Assembly (NCBI GenBank): GCA_951804945.1
Contig: OX638152.1
Location: 12,896,001-12,960,000, forward strand
DNA: 64,000 nt
Direction of reading: 5' to 3'
DNA from: Podarcis cretensis
Taxonomy: Eukaryota
The position numbers and the translations under genes are program-made. Positions 25,301-37,300 of this stretch are shown one piece after another. The notes under the pieces are model-generated. The model saw nothing but the letters and a program-made list of their open reading frames with translations, did not search any database and was not told where the DNA came from. The first letter of the stretch is position 1. Every line of letters begins with the position of its first letter.

Positions 25301-28300
25301 GTAGCGCTGTTCTGAGAGCTAGGGAGCAGGAATGCACATATGAATTGCACACAGTTGTCCATGTATGTATTACTCAATGTGGCACAAAACTGGTGTAAAG
25401 CAATAATGACCCAAGTGAAACTCTTACCCTTCCACAGAAAGGCTCCGCTGTATGCTCACGGTGGGTGGCCGGGTCACTGTGCTGTGCTGGGAATGACTGC
25501 ATAGACAGGAAAGAAAGGAGGAATAAATAAAAACATTTGCTCGCAAAGCCTCTCGGTCTTATTGCAACAAGCTCTGGACGATCCAAAATACGACATAGAT
25601 CTGGGGTTCAGAGAAGTAATATGCGTGTTCCTGAGTGGAGACAGTACATTGGGCTAAGTCATCATTTCGAGTTTCCACTAGCCACTTTGGGTGGCTTCCA
25701 ACAAATTAAAACACCAAACACAGTAAGACATCAAACATTAAAAACTTCCGCATACAGGGCTGTCTTCAGATGTCTTCTAAAAGTCAGATAGTTGTTTGTT
25801 TCCTTGACATGTGATGGGAGGGCGTTCCGCAGGAATAATAATAATTTAGTAGTAGGAAATATGGGACACGGGTGGCGCTGTGGGTTAAACCACAGAGCCT
25901 AGGACTTGCTAATCAGAAGGTCAGCAGTTCGAATCCCTGCGACGGGGTGAGCTCCCATTGCTCCGTCCCTGCTCCTGCCAACCTAGCAGTTTGAAAGCAC
26001 GTCAGACTGCAAGTAGATAAATAGTACCTTCCTGCTCTGGCAGGAAGGTAAACGGTGTTTCCGTGCGCTGCTCTGGTTTGCCAGAAGCGGCTTAGTCATG
26101 CTGGCCACATGACCCGGAATCTTTACGCCGGCTCCCTTGGCCAATAAAGCGAGATGAGCACTGCAACCCCAGAGTTGGCCATGACTGGACCTAATGGTCA
26201 GGGGTCCCTTCACCTTTACCTTTAGTAGGCAATGTTGAGCTAGATTGACCAATGGTCTGGCTCAGCATAAGCCACCTTCCTATGTTCCTATGCTTTGCAT
26301 CTAAACAGTCCCTAGTCCATTTGGTCCCAGGCATCAGATAACAGAGAGTGCAGAAGACTCTCCACACAAGACCCTGAAGGGCTGTTGCCAGTTAAAAATG
26401 ACCATCACTGGATGCATAATTTGACCCATTTCTTAACAGCTAGTTGTTTCTCGGAAACTGCTGCAGGGAAAAATGATAAAATCAAGATTGTACACATTTC
26501 TCCCCAGTGTATACATGTCACTGGCTTACAGTAAGTCCCCACAAGGCATGCTTAGAGATCTCTTTGTCTTCAACAGCACAGCTTAGCTGATCTGTTATGC
26601 TGGAAAGTCATGGCTCTTGGTTATCCTGCATGGCATGTTCCACCAATTGAAAATATATCTGATTGTGGCTACTGACCCAGATAGTTATTTCAGCATTGCC
26701 AGATGGCATTGCTAACACCCAAAGCAGCCACAACAGCAAAATATGGAAAATCCACAGCTCTCATGTGGAGCTGTGAGCCATCTGATGGCCTCCCCGAAGT
26801 TATCTTGTGGGACCTACTGGTTTTATCAGTGTTGTGGCGAGCCCAGGATCAGTTGGGGGACCCTGCCACAGTTGCATAGATCATTGAGGAATGATTCATG
26901 CCTGGAATTCCAGAGGAATTCCAGTGAGGAATGATTCATGCCTGGAATTCCATTGTTCTCACAGGTATTCCCTATGTTCCATTGTTCTCACAGGTATTCC
27001 CTATGTTGAAGATAATGGGACATGCTCCTTCTGTAGCCCTTTGGAGCACGATCACTGCAGCATGGATCTTCATGTGCCCTCCAAGGCATATACAAAACTC
27101 GAGTTAGTTCAATGGAGGGATGCAGGGATGCAGGCGCTTGTTCCATTGAAGTGAATGGGATAGATAAAGGCATTCTATGTGCCTTTATCAGAGCCCCCCC
27201 ACCCACCCACTGCCTGATTGGGGGAAATGTGTATGGAATTGGAATATGGCGGGTAACCAAAATCGTTTGCAAACACAGCAACTGCAGAACCGAGTAGCTT
27301 GATGCTAATTCAACATGGTTGCTCTCTTCCTCCTCCCTGTCCTGTCTGCACACATGACTTTGACGAGTTAATTGAATGGAACAGAAAAATGTAAAGTGGG
27401 CCAATGAGGCAGAGCTGGCAAACAACACAAGATACTTTCGACACAATGCAAGTCAAACACAGTTCCGTTTCGCAACTCCTTCAGGGAAACTGGCTATGTC
27501 TGTCTGGCGTCTTGAGGATGCTTTGAAAAGGAACAGCTTACGGACTCCCTTTCCACCTGGGAAAGTGCAAAGAAGGACTACAGAACAATCCAGCTGATGG
27601 AACGACTTCTTTTGGAGGAAAGGAAAGGAAACAATCTGCAGAATTTTAACTCACCCTCTTCAATTAGTCTTAAGAAGTGTGCCAGAAATTCAAACCAATG
27701 TATGTAACGTCCGCATTTATGAACAAACATGCAACCAAAACAGCCCCCAAATTTACATGGATTCATGATGAGCAACACAGCTAAATTTATGAGCCTTGAA
27801 TTTGTATATTGTTGGAGGTCGTGAGCTTCCCTCCCACAGTATTCCAGCAGAGCAGAACACATTGCACAATATTCTTTGCTTTGAGGCAAAGACAGGCAAG
27901 GCTAACCTATCTCCAGCAACATTCTAGCATGTTTTGAACCATATTGTTTACTTTTATATTATTTTGATTTGTTGGATGATCTGGAGTGCGCACATCTGAA
28001 CAAGTGTCTTCAAAAAACAACAGCACAGTCAGTGGCGTAGCATGGGGGGTGCAGGGGGGGCCGGCCGCACCGGGCGCAACATCTGGGGGTTAGGGTTAGG
28101 GTGCACAAATCCACGGGTTAGGGGGCACAAATCCACGGGTTAGGGGGCGCAAATTACTTGCCTTGCCCCGGGTGCTGACAACCCACGCTACGCCACTGAG
28201 CACAGTTGATAGCACACTATTGTCCATGGAAGTGAGGGTATGTGCAAAAAGTTTTAATTGAGTTGTGATAGGTGTAGAGACAACCCAACATAGATGTTTT

Positions 28301-31300
28301 CCAAATCACTTCTCTTTCCTTCTGCTTTTTCAGCAAATTCTAGGGCTGGGTGAATATGTCAGTTTTGGTTTTTCTCAGTTCCTCAGTTTTCAAATTTTTA
28401 ATTAACAACTACAACAACACAAGTCCTCATGCAAATTCATGTATTTTAGTACAGATTTCACCTAATACACACATTTTTTGCAAAGCAAATTCCCCTAATA
28501 TAATGTATTTTAAATGTTACTTTCACTAATATATGCATTTTAATGCCCTTTTTGCTTCAGTATATGCATTTTTGTGCATATTACGCAGCAAGAGAACTGC
28601 ACATCAAAATTTGGAGACATGTGGATTTTGGGGGATGGCCGTGTTTCTATTGTTTCAGCAAATGTGAATTAGGCAGCTTCATTTTTTAAATGTGGACTGA
28701 AACCCCCTCACCTTCTTAAAAGAATGGTGGTTGCTCCACAGTCTTTTGAAGAATGGTTTCCGTGCATGCAACCTGCCCTGTAACTGAATGCACCCAAAGG
28801 CTCTGCTGGTTGCAGAGGTGATAGAAAGTAAACTTGCAGCAGAAGTGTTAACATGTCTAAAAAGAGATAAGTCCTACTGAAGTCAATGGGGCTTACTGCT
28901 GAATAGGACTGAAGCTTCAATTACCGTATTTTTCGCTCTAGAAGATGCACCAGACCACAAAACGCACCTAGTTTTTGGAGGAGGAAGACAAGAAAAAAAA
29001 TAAATCTTAATCTCAGAAGCCAGAACAGCAAGAGGGATCACTGCGCAGTGAAAGCAGCAATCCCTCTTGCTGTTCTGGCTTCTGGGATAGCTGCGCAGCC
29101 TGCATTCACTCCATAAGATGCACACACATTTCCCCTTACTTTTTAGGAGGGAAAAAGTGAGTCTTATACAGCGAAAAATACGGTAATTAAAGGTGGCGCA
29201 TGCAGCGTGCAGAAACACAACAATNNNNNNNNNNNNNNNNNNNNNNNNNNNNNNNNNNNNNNNNNNNNNNNNNNNNNNNNNNNNNNNNNNNNNNNNNNNN
29301 NNNNNNNNNNNNNNNNNNNNNNNNNNNNNNNNNNNNNNNNNNNNNNNNNNNNNNNNNAAAAAAGCAATGCAGACATAAAAAATGATGCATGGGCTCATGA
29401 ATGAAATATTGTTTTCTATTGAATTAGATATAATAACAGAGTCCGCTCACAAACAGAAGCTAGGGCTGTGATTTCACCTTGGCACTCCAAGGCTTAAAAG
29501 CACACATGCAGTCAGTGCTGCTGGAGCTGATTAAATAAAGGCAGAGATGCCAAGCTCAGCACTCCAAGATCTCCTTAAAGGCTTAGCAAGATTTGGTTTG
29601 TGAAGTTCGAGAAACCGCCACCGTCATTTTTATTATTAATAAAAGCAATAACAATGATGTTTAAGGTTGCAATCTTATGTAGACTGACTTGGTAATAAGC
29701 CCCCTTGAAGAGAGCGAGGCTTATTTCTGAGAAAACAGCTGTAAGTTTGTGAATGGACCAGTTTCCTTTCATAGAAAAACGCTGCTCAAAGTGACTTGGG
29801 AAAATGCCAAAACGACAAGCACGGCTGCGAGATAAAACACACACACCGCAATCTGAAATGTTAAAATAGCAGGGGTGTGGGGAGTCAGAGAGAGGAGTCA
29901 GCAAATTAACAGGGAAACAACAGGCAGAAGTTGCACCTCAGCCTTTATCGCCTTGCTTTATCTGTTGGTTAGAAGCAGGGCTGGGAAACCTGTGACCCTA
30001 TACAGACACTGGAATCCAACTCACATCAGCCCCAGCCAAGGGGATGAGGGAGTTGTAGTTCAGCAGCCTTGGGGGGGGAGTGCTATAGGTCGCCCCCATC
30101 CCTCGTTGAAAGAGAGTCCTGTTTTCATCCGTGCAATGCTGGTGGGTGTACAATTCATGCACACAGAAAGGGCGCACTATTCATGCACATAGAAAGGGTG
30201 TAGTGAAATTAGGGCCGCGAATGGCTGGAATGAAACATGGTTTATGGAAACCGAATTGACACTACCAGCAGGTAACAGACACAGGTCTGGTGAAAGAATC
30301 AAGCACCTTCAAGCAGCTACAGGGGTTCTGGAGTCCCATCACTGACTCATCCCTGCCCCCCCCCCGCAAAAGAAAAACAAAAAACTGGTGCACCAATCAG
30401 TTTTGTGTGGTTGAGGATGGGAATTATCAACTGCATGTTGAATTTCCCACAATGCTCCAGAGTGATGCTACATTATTTATTTATTTATTGTTACATTGGT
30501 TAGTTGCTTTTTCAAAGCAACTTGCAAAAAATGAACATTAAAAACAAGTANNNNNNNNNNNNNNNNNNNNNNNNNNNNNNNNNNNNNNNNNNNNNNNNNN
30601 NNNNNNNNNNNNNNNNNNNNNNNNNNNNNNNNNNNNNNNNNNNNNNNNNNNNNNNNNNNNNNNNNNNNNNNNNNNNNNNNTCCAACTCCTGTCTATCCTG
30701 CTGAAATATAAACAGAAAATTGAGATCCAAAGGCCTGGGTGAATAAGAGGCCTGTTGCCTAAAATCACATAGTGATAGTGCCAGATGTTATCCTCCCTGA
30801 GGATAACATTCAATGAACAAGGGGGCCACCACAGAGAAGGCCTGTTCTCTTGTTGCCACCCTCTGCACCTCCCATGGAGGGGACACATACACCAAGGACT
30901 TGGGTGACAATTGCAGGGTCCAGGTTGGTTCACATGGGGAGAGGTGGTCCTTGAGGTATTTGGGTCCAGAGCCACACAAGACTTTATAAGTCAAAAGAAG
31001 CACTTTGAAACCGAGCCCAGAAATTATTTGGATACTTAGAGCAGTTGGGCCGGGATTGGTACTACAAGCTCAGACCGTGTTGCCTCAGCAACCTGACCAC
31101 TGAATTCTGCACCACCTGCAGTTTCTGAACCGTCTTCAAAGGCAGCCCCATGTGTAATAAAAAGGTAAAGGGGCCCCTGACCATTAGGTCCAATCATGAC
31201 CGACTCTGGGGTTGCGATGCTCATCCCGCTTTACTGGCCGAGGGAGCTGGCATACAGCTTCCGGGTCATGTGGCCAGCATGACTAAGCCACTTCTGGTGA

Positions 31301-34300
31301 ACCAGAGCAGCACACGGAAAAGCCGTTTACCTTCCTGCCTGAGCGGTACCTATTTATCTACTTGCACTTTGATGTGCTTTCGAACTGCTAAGTTGGCAGG
31401 AGCAGGGACCGAGCAATGAGAGATCACCCCATTGTGGAGATTCGAACCGCCGACCTTCTGATCGGCAAGCCATAGGCTCTGTGGTTTAACCCACAGCGCC
31501 ACCCGTGTCCCTTCCCATGTGTAATAGCTTGCAGTAATCTAACCTAGTGGGAAATCCAATTCTCTCAGAGTACTGGTGCGACTGCTCCTCACTGCTGCCA
31601 GGTGAGTCTGCACCATGTATGCCAGCCAATGGAGCAAGAGATCCAGCCAATAGCCACATCAAACCTCAAGGCTGCCTTAGGTCCACCTTCCCCCACTGTT
31701 GTGGCATATGAAGCGGGTGGGGATGCATTTGAGGAACATTTCCCCAACATGCTGTTTGCAAAGGTACCCAGAGCCTCTTTGCTTCAGAAGGCGGCCTCCT
31801 TATCTAAAAGCCATGGGCAGTTTTGCTTTAACAAAAAGGCAAATTTGAAATGCAAAGCAAACAACTGGATAAAATGAAGACCGTTCCTTAATCCATTTAA
31901 TGTGCATGGGGGGAAAAACCACAAACCCCAGTCTACTGAAGCAGAACCTGATTTGCTCATCGCTGCAGACAATTTCAAACTTAAATGAGATTTTGTTCAG
32001 GTTTAATTATAAATAAGCTAACTCAACAAACCTCTTTTATTTTTTGCAGAGGGGGCATTGTGAATATTGCATCCTGGTAGCAAACAACTGGGGCATGTTT
32101 AGTACTGAGAGCAGCACATGGGGCAGCCCTATACATCCCCATTGCGTTCAGTGGGCTTACTTACAGTCAAGCGTGCATAGGATTCTGCCTTCTGGCATAG
32201 ATAACCCAGTTATCCCTAATTTTTTTTGCAGTTTTCTAGCTCTAGGGCCACATTCCCTTTTGGATAACCTTCCAAGGGCTGCATCCTAGGGATGGACAAT
32301 GACAAATCTCTCTTCCTTTCCTGGATGGAGGATAGAGAGGAGTGTTTGTTGAAACTACTCTGCTCCCTTCCTCTCCTGGGACCCACCAACCACAGACATG
32401 CAGCCCTCAGAAGCTTGCGCAGAAGGCAATGTGGCTGAAAAAGATTCCCCACTCGTGTTGCAAGAGGTACCTAAAACAGCACACGCACCCCAGCGAAAAA
32501 GCCAGGAGCAGCAAATCTCTTATTGTGGTTTTCCCCTTTGCTCACCTTGGGCTACTGTTGCTGGGGCGAGTGGCCAGCTGGCAGCACTCTAAATACACCT
32601 ATTGAGCAAGCTCGTAAAAAGCTAGCAAAGCCCTGGATGGCTCTTGGATATTAACTCGACGATATGCATCTTGAAACAAAATGTACATGAGCAGCACGGT
32701 CCCCGAGAACCGGTGTGAAATGGTTGATACAGTGGATTAGCTCAGCCTGTGCCTGTGCCGCTGCTGAATCTTAATCCTTTAATTAATGCTAAGTTGCACC
32801 CTGCAGTGCTCAGCTGATACGTATCTCCCCGAGAGGCAGGCTCCCCACCCCAATCCCCTGCCTGCTTTCTAGGATGCCTCTGCTGTGCCCCCTTCATTTC
32901 CCTCTCGCTCGCCTGCTGCGCTACACAGCGGAACCAAACGCTGTCATTGTAAGGATGCCGAGAAGCATCTTCCTGGCAGGGAATGAATCAAATCTGTTTG
33001 GTACAGACACAACAAATCCTACAGTCTCCCCGAAGCTCGATTCCAGGACCTGCTTTGAGGGGGATCTCTGTGTTGTTCCTGGTTTTGCCCTTTAGCAAGC
33101 TACTCCAAGATGCTCAGGGGGGGGGGGGAGGAAAGGCCAACAGGATTTCTCATGTGGTATCACAGAATGGACAAGGACCTCAAAGGTCCTCTCGTCCAGC
33201 CCTTTGCCAATGCATGCTACAGCATCCCTGATATTTATTTCCTTGCGTTTATATTCCACCTTTCTTCCATCACGGAACTCAAGGTGGTTGTACACTTGGT
33301 ACCCAGGCACCGAGCAGACTGAGATCTGCTTAGCTACAGTCATTAAAGAGCCAGTGCCATTTGGAGTAGTCTAGGTGGGCAACAACCTCTTGACTCTTTA
33401 TAAAGCTAATTCCTATATGGTGCACTGGATAGATTGTTGAACTAGGACCCGGAAGATCCAGGTTCAAATCTCCCACTCAGCTATGGTGTTCACTGGGTGA
33501 TCTTTGGCCAGTCACTTTCTTTCAGCCTAACGGGTGTGCTGCGGGAACAAAATGGGGGCAGAGGGAGAAAGCGACTTGCAGGAAAGGTAGGATATAAAAT
33601 GCAACCAAATGAGACACATCCATCTCTTCCTTTCTGCCCAACATCCTTTCTCTGATGTCTGCGCTGCTGCCAAGGCCCCAAACCCAACCCTACTTATATG
33701 TCGCTTAGAGAGCTCGCTGACTGAGCGGCTGAAAGCATCTTCTAAATACAATAAAAATGAATAAATATAAGGCCAGCCCTTTCCTCTTAAGCCAGTGAGG
33801 TGGAAGCGAAGTGAGCACAAGGTTGTGTTTTTTCTCTGCAGAGGGAGCCTTTCTGCGGAGGTGGAAGGTGGAGCCTAATACCGCGCACTTGAGCCGCGCC
33901 CATGCATTCTCGTATGAGGAAGTGACGAAGAAGCACATGCAGTACCTGATGATCTCAGAGTCAGGGAGCAGGCCTAGGTGGTAGTGGGGATAGGGAGCTG
34001 AAAGGAGGAAGCTTTTGTCACACTCGACAGGGGAATAGTGCCTAGGAGAAGGTGGCTTATCACAGAATTTGTTCACAGTGCTGTAAACGGGTTCAGGAGG
34101 CCTGGTGATAACAGAAGAGAAGAGTAAGAGGTTAGACGGGCACCCCGACATGCGCAAAACAGCCGGCCACACAGCTAATTTGCACCCCAAAGCATGCAGA
34201 GAAGTATCGACAAGAGAAGGGTTATATACACGCACCAAGGAAGGAAAAAGAAACTTCTGTTAAGTTACAATATGCTAGTCACAAAGAGTAAGAACGTGAT

Positions 34301-37300
34301 AGGCACAGCACTGTACACAAGACAGCTAGGGGGAAGGAAACCAGTGACAACGCTGTGCCGTAACATACCGGTGACAAAAGTGTGCCGTAACAAACTGGTG
34401 TCAAAGCTGTACCATAACATTCAACTCTCAGTCAACAAACTGGTTTAAAGCATCGCTCCTTACCTTCTGGAAGCCAACAGAACCCGCCTTGAAAGAACTT
34501 TAACTCGACCCGTACACTTATACTAAAGATCTAGGACATCCTAGCAGTAAAGTTAGGAAGGCACATTCACACTACAAGGGAGGACAACGTGTAGCCGTAA
34601 AGTTGAAAGGCGTTTGGAAGCCCCTTCTAGCAAACATTTATGTGTGATGCACTGATGAATTGTGGAGAAACAACATACATGGCTCCGGCTTCTACAACAG
34701 TGGCTCCGAAGCTGTAGCCCTGGAAGCAATTGCCATATCAGCTTTATGCTGCTGGAATGCCTGGAAAAGGGAAGGAGCATTGTAGGGCAAGGACCACCCC
34801 TTACTTAAAGTTGCTGAGGATTCAAAGAGATATAAGCAGTCCAGTCTTCTACCCATTCTCTGTGGGCACTGGAGCGATGGTATAATTTAGCAATAGCAGA
34901 GGATATGAGCAATAGACTAAGTTGTTTCTTTGGTCCTGGATTCCCAGTGGGGAACAGGCTATGCATATCGGGCTCAGTGGTAGAGCATTGGCTCTGTGTG
35001 CATAAGGTTTGATTGCCAGCATTTCCAGGTATGGCTGGGAGAGAGACTCCCAGAAGAGCTGCCAATCAGCACTCACAACACTGAGCTAGATGGACCAATG
35101 GGTCCAGCTCCCTATGTTCCTAGATTCAGCTCCTGCCAACTTCAGTTAAAAGGATCAGGGGGGAGGTGTTGGGAGACTTTGGAGTGCTGTGGGCTAGATG
35201 GGCTGAGAGCCCAACTCAGTTTCCTGGGGGATGAGGGATAGCTCAGTTGGTAGAGCATGAGACTCTTAATCTCAGGGTTGAAGGTTCAAGCCCCGTGTTG
35301 GGCGAAAGATTCCTGCATTGCAAGGGAGGTGGACTAGATGATTCTCATGGTCCCTTCCAACTCTACCATCCTATGATTCCTATGCTCTTCTTGCCCACGA
35401 GATATGCTCTAATTGTGTTGCTGTGTTAGTTGGCGAAGACCCACAGGTCTGGAAACCACGGTTCTAGACAAGGAGACCTACCAAATGGCAACAGCGAACA
35501 AAAAGGTGACATCTTGTCATAGTTACACTGTATAAATCAGGGAATACACTCTACACAGTATGCATAGTTAGTCTGAGAGTCATTGTAATTCAGCCAAGCA
35601 TTTGAACAGAAGCTGATCATCTTCAATGTTAAAATACACAATATGCAAAGGGTGCAAAGACTACCGTCCATTATGAACCAAAATAAGCATGCTGGACTTC
35701 TCTTTCCGTTCAGGCACTGCATGGCAAAGCCAGATCCAGCAGCCTAAAGTCTCAAACAGTGGACCTTTTCACCGTAGAGGTTTCATCCTGCAGGCAACTG
35801 GCACAGCCGGGTTCAAGCGCTTTGCTTCTTACTTCTAAGAAACAGTTTTGTAAATCCGGGGAAATCTTTGTGAAAGCACATCTACAGAAGCTTCAAAGAA
35901 ACTCACGAGTGTCTGCAGGATTCAGCCCCTGCATCCAGACCTTCAGTCTTCTGGGGCAAGCCTTTACTCTATACTCTGTTGGCTAACAAAATGCACTGAA
36001 AACTCAAGTGATGCAGGCCGCCTAATGGTGGAAGAACAGAGCTGTAGAACGACACTTTGAAAAAAGAGACACACACACAAAATCTCACCCTCTATGACAT
36101 CATAAAAGAAAACGAACCCTGAAAATAATTTTGAGTTCTTTTGGAAACATTGCAAATAGTTATGACATTCATAGTGGCATAAAAGCCAATTGTTTTAAAG
36201 CCCTTAAATATCATGAAAACAGAGATTACAATGAGTTTTGATGACTTTTACATAGAAGGAAAACATTTTCTCTCTCTCCTGGGTTTGGTGTGCTTTCAAT
36301 AATACGGCATAGTGAGCAATAGGTCTGGCTTTCTCTTTTGGTCTTCTTTGGCTGGGAAATGCAAGGCTAAAAGGACCTTTGCTCTGATCCAGTCTAAGTT
36401 ACATCTTGCATTTTTCAAGCCTTTGTAGCATTCACACAGAACATATCATGTCTACCAGAGGGCAAGAATTTGGCACCAACATAGGCAGCATAACCCTGAA
36501 ACTTGTTTCAGTGGTTGGTTTTACTTTCTAAATCTGTGTTCTCTGCCAATCATTTAAAAGTGCAGTCCACTCATACAATTGCAATTTAGCTCACAATATA
36601 GCTTTTCACTCTCTTTAAACTGATTTTTGTGGTGAGCCAGCCACCATCAATCACACCCCAGCATTTTTGTTTAAAAGAGAACCACGTAGTATCGATTTGA
36701 AGGGATTTTGCCAGAACAGAATACTGACCACATTTTTTTAAAAAAAACATCTCAGTTCAAAGAGTCTGTCATAAAAAGTTAGTTGCAAGGCCGAGAATTT
36801 TGCAATGTCTCTCTTTGCTGCCCCACAATTAATTTAGTTAATATTACATGATTTAAGTTATATATGGCCCTCCTTTACAATATGTAGAAAGAGGAGGTAT
36901 AAACGTTTTTTTTTATAAAAAAAAACCCAAACAGAACTAATACTGTTATGCCAATTTCCAATATTCTGTCATTTCCAATCATACTGATTCTGAGTTCCAT
37001 ACTTGAATAAGGGTATTTTCCAAATTTAGAAAATTCGCTGTAACGTATGCACATACATGCCTATCTGCATAATGTTATGCTAAAAGCAAACCGATCATGT
37101 TCCAAAGAAATTTTTAATCTCCAAAAGAAGATTTGGAACATGGTGTTATGGCAGAGCAGCGAAAGGCCATTTGTTCTGAATGGCCTCATTAAAGTTAGGG
37201 GAAATGTTGGCAACTGTTTTTGACATAGCAAAATCAACTCCAGTAGATGTTTTCAATAGTGCTGATCAGTTCCTGCAAATGCTTAAAAAATAAATAAATA

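Noticed and set aside
28883-30975. ORFs containing X runs
   Set aside because: Artefacts of translating through N gaps.
32685-32710. REST/RE1 site
   Set aside because: Only about 13 of 20 positions match the consensus, with core mismatches.
33705-34238. 177-aa ORF as a stand-alone gene
   Set aside because: Only the central 52 codons are the DLG2 exon. The rest is intronic read-through.
34341-34421. CRISPR-like array
   Set aside because: The units are contiguous with no unique spacers, the context is a vertebrate intron, and there are no cas genes.
35232-35304. Functional tRNA-Lys(CTT) gene
   Set aside because: The acceptor stem cannot pair, the T-arm is altered, there is no T-run terminator, and it is fused to a CR1 tail.
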